This document shows positions 1-8,955 of a stretch of 64,000 nt of DNA, in pieces. How positions within the stretch are numbered: position 1 is the first letter of the stretch; each line of letters begins with the position of its first letter. Made by a program: the position numbers and the translations under genes. Location: the IMG/VR virus record IMGVR_UViG_3300014836_000691, positions 1-64,000 of that record; one strand, 5' to 3'. The notes beneath the pieces were generated by a model. It was not told the origin of the DNA. It did no database searches and saw only the letters and a program-made list of their open reading frames with translations. Source of the stretch: a virus.

Positions 1-203
1 AAGTGCCGTAAGCGAACCAGACAAGCCCTGTCTACACAGGGAGTATTCTTGCACCAAAGATTAGCCCTACTTTTTCTAGGGACGGATGGGATGTGGTGGC
101 GACAGGCGTGAGGGCTTGAACCTCACGGCTCTTACACGGAGCATCCAAGCGGAAATCGGAATAAGCCCCGCAGGGAAGCGAGGAAGTGTGTCTGTCGCAG
201 GAA

Positions 204-212
204 TGCTATAAT
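204..212 (+). promoter_or_regulatory. Extended -10 promoter (TGcTATAAT) in front of the tmRNA-like RNA
   Basis: TGCTATAAT at 204-212, 7 nt before GGGGGTG at 220. Confidence 0.65.
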
Positions 213-219
213 ATCTTAT

Positions 220-441
220 GGGGGTGTAGCGTCCCAGATGAAACCAATCACGCTGGCGAGTGTCGTAAGACAAGTCCTTGAATCCAAGACAGGTCGCTCC
301 GGCCTTGTAGAGCGTAAAAGGATGCTCGTAAATCAGCAACGCAGAGAATTGATTGTGGATTTGGAAGTTGCTATCCAAGAGTCACAGCCCGCTTAGCGGT
401 GGGCATCAATTTGAGTGTGGGTGCAAATCCCTCCACCCCCA
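220..441 (+). ncRNA. tmRNA-like RNA (minimal, non-canonical)
   Basis: Acceptor stem GGGGGTG(220-226)/CACCCCC-A(434-441); T-arm GTGGG-TGCAAAT-CCCTC (417-433); H-type pseudoknot CGCTC/GAGCG plus CCTT/AAGG (295-321); internal frame ending GCT TAG (394-396) inside a hairpin. Lacks G3.U70 and the canonical SmpB-contact motifs. Confidence 0.5.
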
Positions 442-646
442 CTATTTTCTGCAAGTTTGTAGAAACCTCGCTGGTATCCCAATGGGTATCGTCCTGTGTC
501 CAAAACAGGGAAAGAGACGGCGGGAGTGGAACGCTCCGACTGCAAACCCAAGATGTTCGTGCGGACAGCGTGGCTTGGAATAAGACGGAAGTCCCAAGGC
601 ACAAAGGCACGAAAGAATGAGGTCGTTGACAAGATACAACTTCAGT

Positions 647-892
647 ATGGCGGCTACAGGCATCTTAGTTGGTTTACCCAAAGAGACTATCGAGGCTATC
701 CGAGATAAGGCTGTCGCACTTATTTTGGAGGGTAAAACCGTGATGAGTTACGGAGATGGTGCTACGAATGCCAGCAAGACTTTTGCCCTTCCCCCTCAGC
801 AGATGCTACAGGAGGCTCAGTATGCCCTCCAGAGGCTGGAAGGTCGTGTCAGAGGACTCTACACGAACTACAATCGTCTTGTTGACCGCTAA
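647..892 (+). CDS. Head-tail joining protein (lambda gpW-like position)
   Basis: 81-aa ORF coupled (TAATG) to the portal; ATG 647 lies 21 nt after the TTGAC motif. Confidence 0.55.
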   Translation: MAATGILVGLPKETIEAIRDKAVALILEGKTVMSYGDGATNASKTFALPPQQMLQEAQYALQRLEGRVRGLYTNYNRLVDR

Positions 893-2676
893 TGCCTCCC
901 GAAAACCGACCCAAACCAACGACAGGTAATAAGGCTACTTCCTTTGTGGAACGCCTTAGAATCGGTCTTTCTAATCTGATTAAGCCAAAGGCTTATCAAG
1001 GCTCTTTCGAGTCCACACGCTATTCCGTTCATAGAACGAGAATTGATGCCCCTCAGCCAGATGACTTCAAGCGGGAGATGCAGGACGCTACGAGGCGGGA
1101 GATGGTTCGCCTGTCTCGCTGGCTCGAAAAGAACAACGGACTCTACAAGCAGATGTTCAAGGACACGGCCATTTATTCGGTTGGAGACGGTATCACGCTC
1201 CAAGCGGTAGGTGGCGACTACGAGTGGCAGACGCTGGTGGAAGCGGAATGGGAACAGGAGTGCGACAGCCCAGAAGTGTCGAATCGCTTTTCAATGACCG
1301 AATGCCAGTATATCGTGTGCGAGGCATTGGACAGAGACGGAGAGATTTTCGCCATCAAATGTCGCCGTGGTGGTCTTCCAAAGTTCCAACTCATTGAGAC
1401 GCACAGAGTTGAGACACCCCCAGATATGCTTGGACGACCCGACATTTCTGACGGCATCCGATACAGCAAGATTGGACAACCAATCGCTTATTATGTGAAG
1501 CAGTCTGAGGGCAAATACAGCGAGATTCCCGCCGACTCGATGATGCACATCTACGAGGCTGAATACGCCTCCCAGAGCCGTGCATACCCACCCCACCAAC
1601 ACGCTATCAATAATTTGCGTGATGAGATGGACTTGCTCTCGATGGAGAAAACGGCGGCCAAGGATAACGCCCGCACCTCCCGAATCCTCAAGGTTGAAGA
1701 TACCAAGATGGACTCGCTCGACCTAGGCATCGGTCAGCCGTTAGGCGAGGGCAACAGCACTAATGCGGCTACCGACCCAGATGTTCTTAACCGTGTCCTT
1801 GGTGGCGTTACGGCGGTCTTAAACACCAATGAGAATCTAATCCCCTACCAGTCGGCAAGACCTTCGTCTGCCTTTACTGGATTTATCGACCACCTTCGCA
1901 GAGATTCGGTGATGGGTGGTCTGCCCTACGAGTTTGTGGCCGACCCTACGAGGGCTGGCGGGGCCTCTGTTCGACTTGTGGTGGCAAAGGCGGGTAGATT
2001 CTTCGCCCAAAGACAGAGTGTCATTATCAATCGCTTCTTGAAACCCTACTTCAAGTTCTGGCTTGGCATCAAAATCCAGCGTAAGGAAATCGCATCTGCC
2101 CGCAACTGGTGGAAGTCCGAGTGGGTAACCCCTCGCTCCGTTACGGTTGATGCGGGTCGTGATGCCGCCAACGAGCGAGCAGATTTGGATATGGGGCGTA
2201 TGCCTCCGTCTGACGACTTCCAAGCCAGAGGGCTTGGCTTTGAAAAGACTATCCGTAAAACGGCTAGAGACTTTGCTTTTATTCAGAAGGTTGCCGAGGA
2301 AACTGGCGTTCCAGAGGAAAAACTGTGGCGTAAGTCGCCCGCAGGTGGTGGTGCAGGTGGCGTGGGCGGTATGCCTCCCCTTGCTGGGGCCCAAGGAACG
2401 CAAGGTATCCCGCAGATTCCAGATGGGACAGTCGGGTTTGTCGTGCCAGACGAAACTGGGGCCCCGCAGATTATTCCTATCGACGCCGCTATGCCCGAAG
2501 GTCAAGGTCAGCCCGAAGAAAAGCCCGATGCTACGACTAATACTGAGCCAGAACTTAGAACTCCGAGCATTCCAGATGGGGTCAAGCCGATGAACGATTT
2601 GACCAACGGCGTTGACAACCTGCCAAAGCAAAATCAAGGGCTTTCCAGAAGCCGTGAGCATCCCTATAACCGATGA
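892..2676 (+). CDS. Portal protein, lambda family, with low-complexity C-terminal extension
   Basis: Lambda-portal-like motifs (R.L..NN, VGDGI, DRDGE, DGI, G.PYE, W.TPR..VD); upstream of S49 protease. Confidence 0.85.
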   Translation: MPPENRPKPTTGNKATSFVERLRIGLSNLIKPKAYQGSFESTRYSVHRTRIDAPQPDDFKREMQDATRREMVRLSRWLEKNNGLYKQMFKDTAIYSVGDGITLQAVGGDYEWQTLVEAEWEQECDSPEVSNRFSMTECQYIVCEALDRDGEIFAIKCRRGGLPKFQLIETHRVETPPDMLGRPDISDGIRYSKIGQPIAYYVKQSEGKYSEIPADSMMHIYEAEYASQSRAYPPHQHAINNLRDEMDLLSMEKTAAKDNARTSRILKVEDTKMDSLDLGIGQPLGEGNSTNAATDPDVLNRVLGGVTAVLNTNENLIPYQSARPSSAFTGFIDHLRRDSVMGGLPYEFVADPTRAGGASVRLVVAKAGRFFAQRQSVIINRFLKPYFKFWLGIKIQRKEIASARNWWKSEWVTPRSVTVDAGRDAANERADLDMGRMPPSDDFQARGLGFEKTIRKTARDFAFIQKVAEETGVPEEKLWRKSPAGGGAGGVGGMPPLAGAQGTQGIPQIPDGTVGFVVPDETGAPQIIPIDAAMPEGQGQPEEKPDATTNTEPELRTPSIPDGVKPMNDLTNGVDNLPKQNQGLSRSREHPYNR

Positions 2677-3698
2677 TTAGAAACGACTTACATTACGCAT
2701 TAAATGCGGGGAAGCCACTCCTTATTGACCCCATCAAGGCTACCTCGTTTCTAAAGAACGCATCTTTAATTCTGAACAACCCCGATTTGGCTTATATGCT
2801 CTCGCAATTCACGCCAGAGCATTATGAGGCAAAGGCTCGCTCCGTTCGCAGACCAAGGGCTGATTTTGACGAGCCAACCACTTCTGACGAACTTTCCCCA
2901 GAGGCGAACGGCACAAATGTCTCCAAGGATTGCACTCCCTATGTGCGAGACAACATCGGTGTCATTCCTGTCTATGGCGTTATCGGCAAGGGTCTTACAA
3001 CCCTCGAAAAGATGCTTGGATGTGCAGATATTGATGTAATCACAAGAACGCTCAACGACTGGAAGGATAGAGATGACATTCACGAAGTCCTTTTCCATAT
3101 CGACTCTGGTGGCGGTTCTACGACTGGACTGGAAGAACTGGCTAAGAAGATTAGACTTTATGAAAAGCCGACCATCGGCTTCTCTGATTCCGACTGCGGT
3201 TCAGCCGCTTTCTGGATTGGCTCTCAATGTAAGAGACTGGTGGTTACCCCCTCCTCGTCCATCGGGGCCTGTGGTGTCTATGTAACGGTGAATGACGACT
3301 CTGAGAAATACGCCAAGGAAGGTCGCAAGGTTGTTGTAATCAAATCTGGCGAACACAAAGCGGCTGGTCTGGAAGGCACAACGCTGTCCGAAATCCAGAC
3401 GGCTGGTTTGCAGGGAGAAGTGAATGAGTTACACCGCCGTTTCATCCGAGATGTTCAGTCCGTCCGTCAGTTCGCCCAAATTGAAGACCTCCAAGGACAG
3501 TCCTTCTATGGCGACCAAGCCGCAAGCCGTGGCTTAGCCACAGGCGTAATCGACTCTTTTGAGGACTTAATCAAGGATATCAAGGAAACCCGCAAGTTCG
3601 CCCACTCGACACTCTATCCGTCAATGTATGGGTCTTCTAGCGGTTATACGCCCTTAATCCAACCCCTCTCAACCACCCCGACCCCTTACATTGGTTGA
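2673..3698 (+). CDS. Head maturation protease, S49 (SppA/lambda C) family
   Basis: IDSGGG, CGSAAFWIGSQC (catalytic Ser), SSIGACGV, KSGEHK, GQSFYGDQA..GL motifs. Confidence 0.9.
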   Translation: MIRNDLHYALNAGKPLLIDPIKATSFLKNASLILNNPDLAYMLSQFTPEHYEAKARSVRRPRADFDEPTTSDELSPEANGTNVSKDCTPYVRDNIGVIPVYGVIGKGLTTLEKMLGCADIDVITRTLNDWKDRDDIHEVLFHIDSGGGSTTGLEELAKKIRLYEKPTIGFSDSDCGSAAFWIGSQCKRLVVTPSSSIGACGVYVTVNDDSEKYAKEGRKVVVIKSGEHKAAGLEGTTLSEIQTAGLQGEVNELHRRFIRDVQSVRQFAQIEDLQGQSFYGDQAASRGLATGVIDSFEDLIKDIKETRKFAHSTLYPSMYGSSSGYTPLIQPLSTTPTPYIG

Positions 3699-3727
3699 CA
3701 AACAACTATTTACAAAGCCTAATATCT

Positions 3728-5272
3728 ATGAGCCAGAACAAAACCCCCGAAGAACGACTCAAAGAGGCAGTTGAAGCCTCCAAAATCGCCCTTGCTCTGA
3801 ACGAGCAGGTGGTTGCCCTTGCCGCTGAAAAGGAAGGACTCCTCAAGCGACTCGCAGAAGTCGAGAAGGCTGTTTCCACCCCGAAGGCTGAGTCCAATTC
3901 TATGAATGACGAAGTTAAGGTTCTTCTGGCGGCTCAGACTGCCACGATTTCCGAACTGAAGGCTCAAATCGAAGGCATCGCTACACAGGCTCGCAAGGCT
4001 AAGAACACCAAGGCAGACCTCAATGAGTATGTCCAGAAGCGTATCGAAGACGGCGAAGAAGGTAACACCCCCGCCGAAAAACAGCACAGAGACGCTGGTG
4101 TTGAGAGCGAAGAAGCCTGTGGCCCAGAGTGGAAGAAGTCCAAGAAGGGCAAAAAGGCTGAAATGCCAGAGTTTATCAAGGAAAAGATTGAAGAAGAAGA
4201 GGAAGAAGAAGGCGAAGAATCGTCCGCTTGGGACGAAGACCAGCCTGTTAAGTTCCCCCCTGTCGATACCCACGATGCCAAGAAGGTTGGCAAGAAAGCC
4301 TCCAAGAAGGCTGGATGGGATGAAGACGGCGACTTCGGTGACCTTGACGATGAAGAAGTCCAACTTATCAAGGAATACCGCCGTCAGAACGACTATTACT
4401 CCAAGAAGGGTAAGAAGGCTGACAGCAATCTGAAAAACCCCACCGTTGAAGAAGGTAAGAACTTCGACAAGGAACTCCCTCAGCCCGGCCTTGACCCCGA
4501 AAAGAACAATGTGAACGAAGACAACACCACTTCGCCTACGATGGCGAAAAAGGCTAAGAAGGCTTCGGTCAAGAAGGGTGAAACCGATGTTGAAGAAATT
4601 ATGGAATCGCCCGACAAGCAGGAAGAAGAAGGCGAAGAGCATACCCACGAAAAGACCCTCGCTGAGCCAGAAATGGGTGCTAAGAAGCACGGCAAGAAGG
4701 CTGAGAATATGGTCGAAGGCGTTAACCAGAAGGAAGTCACCCGCACCAAGGAAGAGTGCGAAGAAGAAGGTGAAGGCTCGTTCCTCGACAAGAAGGACGC
4801 TAAGAAGGGCAAGAAGGCTGATGAGTCTGAAGCCCCTACTCCTGTCGCCAAGTCCACGGACATTGTTGACGAAGCCGTTGCCAAACTGACCGCCCTCGCT
4901 CAAGCCAAGGTTCACGCCGAAGCCGAAGCCGTCAAGGTGAAGGAAATGCTCGCCTCTGAAACCAAGGCTAAGACCGAAGCGGTTGCCGCCGTGGAAGCCC
5001 TCCACAAGAAGTTTGAAGCCCTAATGAGCAAGGTGCAGGGTCTGGAATCTTCGGACAAGGCTCTTGAAGCCAAGGCCGCTAAGATTGTCGCCTCCCAAGC
5101 CGTTGAGCCTGTCGCCTCCGAAGTTGAGTCCGATGTGAAGCCAATGACTGACGGTGAAATCCTCGCCAAGTTTGAAAGCATCACGGACTCCAGAGAGAAA
5201 AACAAGTTCTTCAACTCTAACCGTATCGCTATCGAGAGAGCGGCTCACGCCACCCTCCGTCGCCGTTCCTAA
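3728..5272 (+). CDS. Scaffold-like protein, highly charged, with repeated KKxKKA(D/E) motifs
   Basis: E/K-rich with coiled-coil ends; between protease and capsid genes; ATG 3728 preferred over TTG 3695. Confidence 0.65.
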   Translation: MSQNKTPEERLKEAVEASKIALALNEQVVALAAEKEGLLKRLAEVEKAVSTPKAESNSMNDEVKVLLAAQTATISELKAQIEGIATQARKAKNTKADLNEYVQKRIEDGEEGNTPAEKQHRDAGVESEEACGPEWKKSKKGKKAEMPEFIKEKIEEEEEEEGEESSAWDEDQPVKFPPVDTHDAKKVGKKASKKAGWDEDGDFGDLDDEEVQLIKEYRRQNDYYSKKGKKADSNLKNPTVEEGKNFDKELPQPGLDPEKNNVNEDNTTSPTMAKKAKKASVKKGETDVEEIMESPDKQEEEGEEHTHEKTLAEPEMGAKKHGKKAENMVEGVNQKEVTRTKEECEEEGEGSFLDKKDAKKGKKADESEAPTPVAKSTDIVDEAVAKLTALAQAKVHAEAEAVKVKEMLASETKAKTEAVAAVEALHKKFEALMSKVQGLESSDKALEAKAAKIVASQAVEPVASEVESDVKPMTDGEILAKFESITDSREKNKFFNSNRIAIERAAHATLRRRS

Positions 5273-5293
5273 TCCCTAGTCTCTAAAAGACAA

Positions 5294-5944
5294 ATGGCTA
5301 CACGCAGACAGGCTGGTGCTGGAGTTGCTGAAGAACTCACTAATCAACCCCCTGCCGTCCGAGCAACGCTTGAAAAGGCGAGCCGTGAAGGTGGGGCGGC
5401 TGTTGGTGAAGGTATCGGTGCTATGAAGAATAGCGGTGGTGGCGAACTCCGCATCAAGGCGAGTGACGCTACTGGTCTGGGCATCCTCAAGAATATGCTT
5501 CCCAGCAACTTTTTGACTGATGAGAAGGGCAACCTCGCCCTTATTAACCCAGAGAACGAGATTAAGTTCTTCAATTCTGACGGTAAAGAAATCAAGGTCG
5601 GTAACACGATTACGGTGATGGTTACCGAAAACGGCATCGGCATCAAGAATATGGACTCGATGGGTCGTTTGATGCCCCCGAAGACCAAGGCTGAAATCAG
5701 CCCCGAACTGGCTCTCGCTATCAACAACGAGTTCAACAGAAGCGGTCAAGGTGTCCTTGGTGGAGGAGGCAAGACCTTCACCGTTCCTGCTGGAACTCTT
5801 CCCGACTTTGGCAGTATGGGTTCTGGCATCGCCAGCGACTTCTTCAACATCAAGGGAACTGGCAGAACCAAGGAAGAAAAAGAAGCCAAAACAGCCCGCC
5901 AGAAGGCCCGTGACCTTGGAATCGAAGGCATCGCCAACGACTAA
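5294..5944 (+). CDS. MATR-leader variant protein in the head operon (putative internal head protein)
   Basis: Begins MATRRQAGAG; between scaffold and capsid genes. Confidence 0.6.
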   Translation: MATRRQAGAGVAEELTNQPPAVRATLEKASREGGAAVGEGIGAMKNSGGGELRIKASDATGLGILKNMLPSNFLTDEKGNLALINPENEIKFFNSDGKEIKVGNTITVMVTENGIGIKNMDSMGRLMPPKTKAEISPELALAINNEFNRSGQGVLGGGGKTFTVPAGTLPDFGSMGSGIASDFFNIKGTGRTKEEKEAKTARQKARDLGIEGIAND

Positions 5945-6007
5945 CGGTTGACAAAAATCCAATTTCGTAAGTTTAAAACTTTTAACCCCCTAACCCCCTA
6001 AAATACT

Positions 6008-6898
6008 ATGGCAAATACCCTAGGAGGCATTAACCTCCAAGTTATCGCACAAGACTCGCTGACCACGCTTCTTGCTCAGTTCCCTCTGGTCAACCGTTTC
6101 ACCACCGACTTCGGTGGCGACATTCTCCAGCGTGGTGAGTCGGTGACGACCCGCCTTGCGGCTGGTGTGTCCGCTACGGATATCGCGGCCAGCGGCTACT
6201 CCAAGTCGAATGTCTCGTCCACCGCCAAGACCGTTACGCTGAACAAGCATAAGGGTTTCGTGATGGCCTTCACCGATGGCGAAGTCGCCAAGGGTGGCTA
6301 CGATGTTCTCCGCAGAACCTTCATCCGTCCTGCCGCCCACGCAGTCGTTAAGGCTGTTATGGACGATGTGTTCGGTCTTGTTACTGCCGCCAACTTCACC
6401 TCTGCTGGTTACACAGGCTCTATCGCCGCCTTCGATGCGGACGCTGTTGCCGACCTCTCGCAGACCCTCACGGATGCCAATGTCCCGATGGCGAATCGCT
6501 CGCTTATCCTGCGTCCTGCCCTCTACACCTCGCTGGCTAAGGACAACAGCATCCAAGCCCAGTATGCGTCTGGCACTAACGCTCCGCTTACGGAGAACCT
6601 CCTGCCTCGCATCCACGGCTTTGAAGTGAACCAATACTCGGCTCTCCCCGACAACTCGGAAGACCTCGTTGGTATCGCTACATCGCCAGAGGCGATTCTG
6701 ATTGCCGCCCGACTCCCGGCCACCCCGACCAACTGGTATGGTAATGTCGCCACCGCTACCGATGCGGAAAGCGGTCTGTCCATCCAAGTCCGTGAGTGGT
6801 ATGACGGTGACTCTGGCGAACAGAAACTGTCTATGTCCATCCTTTACGGTGTGGCTATCGGCAACGCTTCTTGCCTCTCTCGTATCGTCAACGACTAA
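6008..6898 (+). CDS. Major capsid protein
   Basis: 296 aa; HK97/P22-coat-like features (L..ANVP..NR.LIL.P, I.GF.V, S+LYG); strong codon bias; followed by terminator. Confidence 0.85.
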   Translation: MANTLGGINLQVIAQDSLTTLLAQFPLVNRFTTDFGGDILQRGESVTTRLAAGVSATDIAASGYSKSNVSSTAKTVTLNKHKGFVMAFTDGEVAKGGYDVLRRTFIRPAAHAVVKAVMDDVFGLVTAANFTSAGYTGSIAAFDADAVADLSQTLTDANVPMANRSLILRPALYTSLAKDNSIQAQYASGTNAPLTENLLPRIHGFEVNQYSALPDNSEDLVGIATSPEAILIAARLPATPTNWYGNVATATDAESGLSIQVREWYDGDSGEQKLSMSILYGVAIGNASCLSRIVND

Positions 6899-6920
6899 TC
6901 GGTTTCAACAACTGATAAAC

Positions 6921-6949
6921 AAGACCCTCTTAATCGGGGGTCTTTTTTT
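6921..6949 (+). terminator. Rho-independent terminator after the capsid gene
   Basis: AAGACCCTC-loop-GGGGGTCTT followed by a T-tract. Confidence 0.8.
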
Positions 6950-7002
6950 ACCCATTCTTGCAGACGGTTGACAATAGGCAAGCGATACAACCCCTTAACC
7001 CT

Positions 7003-7263
7003 ATGTCCTACTCCGGCCCTAATACCCCCTCCATCGTAATTCAAAACTGCGGTTCTCCCCAAGAAACCGTTACTGTCTTCCACTCTGCGGAAGAAGCCAA
7101 AGCCTTGTTTGCGACCCTTAATGCTGGCATCGGTGGCGACCCTGCTCACTATCTCTTCCTTGAGCCAACAGCCTCAAAGGAACTGAAGCCCGCTAAGTGG
7201 AGTGGCACATACACGGACGCTTACGGTGCTGTTCGTGTGGTCGGCACGAATGTCCTCGACTAA
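7003..7263 (+). CDS. Hypothetical virion-associated protein
   Basis: ATG after AACCCT leader and TTGAC-N6-CAA motif at 6968. Confidence 0.6.
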   Translation: MSYSGPNTPSIVIQNCGSPQETVTVFHSAEEAKALFATLNAGIGGDPAHYLFLEPTASKELKPAKWSGTYTDAYGAVRVVGTNVLD

Positions 7264-7309
7264 TTAGAGTTGCATTAGGCAATTCGCACGGCACAACACA
7301 CTTACCACT

Positions 7310-7657
7310 ATGTCTACACCCAAGTTCGCAATCATTATCGAAGTCAAGAATGGGAAGCCTGTCGCTACCGCCTTTAACAAGACGGACGCAGGTGATGCAG
7401 TCGAGCAGTTCATCAAACTGCGTGACGAAGGCAAGGAAGCCTATCTGTTCCAGCACCCTGTCGCTGACAAGCGTTCCAAGAGCAAGGAGCAGATGGATGC
7501 TACCTCCAAGGCTACCAATCAGTCTGAGTCTAAGCGTGAAGTCTCCAAGGCAGAGACGGCTAAGACCAAGGCTAAGGCTAATGAGGCAAAGGCTGAAAAG
7601 CCTGTCGCCAAGAACAGCATTGAAGGCGTTTCGATGGAAGCCGTAGACATTCAATAA
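7310..7657 (+). CDS. Hypothetical head-associated protein with K/A/E-rich tail
   Basis: ORF with high-expression codon usage in the head module. Confidence 0.6.
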   Translation: MSTPKFAIIIEVKNGKPVATAFNKTDAGDAVEQFIKLRDEGKEAYLFQHPVADKRSKSKEQMDATSKATNQSESKREVSKAETAKTKAKANEAKAEKPVAKNSIEGVSMEAVDIQ

Positions 7658-7683
7658 CTCACCCCTAACCCTCAAATACTATT

Positions 7684-7833
7684 ATGATTGAACTCCTCAT
7701 TGGACTGCTGGTTGGCTTTGTTGCTGGTGCATTAGTGTTCAGAAACAATGCTAAGAAGGGCGAAGCCCTTATCGCCAAGGTCGAAGAAGAAGCCAAGGAA
7801 CTTAAGGAAAAGGCTAAGTCCCTCCGTAAGTAA
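7684..7833 (+). CDS. Small membrane-anchored protein (49 aa, not in ORF track)
   Basis: Translated by hand: MIELLIGLLVGFVAGALVFRNNAKKGEALIAKVEEEAKELKEKAKSLRK. Confidence 0.7.
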   Translation: MIELLIGLLVGFVAGALVFRNNAKKGEALIAKVEEEAKELKEKAKSLRK

Positions 7834-7858
7834 TTTGGGCTGAAAGTTGACTCGAAAC

Positions 7859-7884
7859 AAGGGGTGCTAAAACACCCCTTTTTA
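7859..7884 (+). terminator. Rho-independent terminator overlapping the TTGAC-N6-CAA motif
   Basis: AAGGGGTG-CTAAAA-CACCCCTT-TTT. Confidence 0.7.
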
Positions 7885-7893
7885 TTTTACCAA

Positions 7894-8601
7894 ATGGCAA
7901 CGAGAGGAACATCTGAAAAGGCATTGAAATCTGATGCCCTTCCGTTGGACGAAAAGATTGGTCGTGAAAAGAGGGCTAAGATTTACCAGCGAGAACAAAA
8001 GGTGCTTTTAGACATAACCAAAAAGATAAACGACAACCCAGAGAAATATAAAAAGAAGATACAGGATTTCTATGCAGGGTTTATGGGTTATGTGGAAGTG
8101 GGGTATGGAACGATGGTTACCCTCCACGGTTCTGAGATAAGAGAGGAAATTAAAGATAAGTTGGTAAAAGCGTTCAACGCACTACCGAAGGAAATAAAGT
8201 CCTACCTTACGCTAAAGGGTGATGAAATACCTACGCTTTACAGGGGTGCAACAGAAAGGGAATCCGTTGGAAAAAATGATTTTCTTTCTTTTACTTCAAG
8301 TGAAGAGATTGCAAAGATGTTCAGCAGGGGAGGTAAGGTCAGTAAATTAGACGAATTAAAAGGATACGACTTCATCCTTTCGATTGATAAGGTTGCCGAT
8401 TTTGCCAAAGAGGTGGAAAGAGACGCTACGGATAGATGGGAAGAGAGCGTTTTGGGCAGAAATGCTCAAGGATACTTGAACGACTGGCCGGAAGAGGGGC
8501 TTCCATCAAGACCCTATGATACTTATTTTTGGTATAAAGAGCCAGAAACAAACGAAAGAGAATACTTCGTGTTTGGTGCTAAGTGGAAGTCCAAGGATTG
8601 A
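7894..8601 (+). CDS. MATR-leader protein, ADP-ribosyltransferase-like (R-S-E clade)
   Basis: MATRGTSEKALKSD leader; LYRG...FLSFTSS...NEREY. Confidence 0.65.
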   Translation: MATRGTSEKALKSDALPLDEKIGREKRAKIYQREQKVLLDITKKINDNPEKYKKKIQDFYAGFMGYVEVGYGTMVTLHGSEIREEIKDKLVKAFNALPKEIKSYLTLKGDEIPTLYRGATERESVGKNDFLSFTSSEEIAKMFSRGGKVSKLDELKGYDFILSIDKVADFAKEVERDATDRWEESVLGRNAQGYLNDWPEEGLPSRPYDTYFWYKEPETNEREYFVFGAKWKSKD

Positions 8602-8628
8602 TGGGTAGTTGACTTGGGGCAAAGAGAA

Positions 8629-8955
8629 ATGCCTTCACTTTGGGAAGAGATGGAGTCGGACGGCCCTGAGTTCTTAGAGACTTTTGGTCGCCCTATCGTA
8701 TTCCGAGGGCAGACCATCTCTGCTCTCATTGGCAGGTCTGCTGAAATGCAGAGCCTCACAGACGGTGGCTTTATTTACAGCGGTTCGTTTAATGTCCGCA
8801 TCTTCGCCCCCACAGGAACGCCGTTTGCGAATGAGTTGCCCGAACAAGGGGAGAGGATGGTTATCTGGGGCAAGGAATACACAATCACAGGGATTACGGC
8901 TCGCCCACCCGCCCCTTGGATTGACCTTCTGGTGGTAAATACAAATACCGTATGA
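8629..8955 (+). CDS. Head-tail adaptor/closure protein
   Basis: ~108 aa beta-rich protein; synteny; P.QGE.+.I.G..Y.I pattern. Confidence 0.6.
   Translation: MPSLWEEMESDGPEFLETFGRPIVFRGQTISALIGRSAEMQSLTDGGFIYSGSFNVRIFAPTGTPFANELPEQGERMVIWGKEYTITGITARPPAPWIDLLVVNTNTV

Noticed and set aside
220-441. tRNA with a group I intron
   Set aside because: No D-arm or anticodon arm can be reconstructed and no group I core (P7/guanosine site) is recognisable.
3719-5005. 428-aa minus-strand ORF and other long antisense ORFs (e.g. 5276-5962, 6020-6787, 1837-2661)
   Set aside because: Shadows of strongly biased plus-strand genes; F/L-rich, implausible products.
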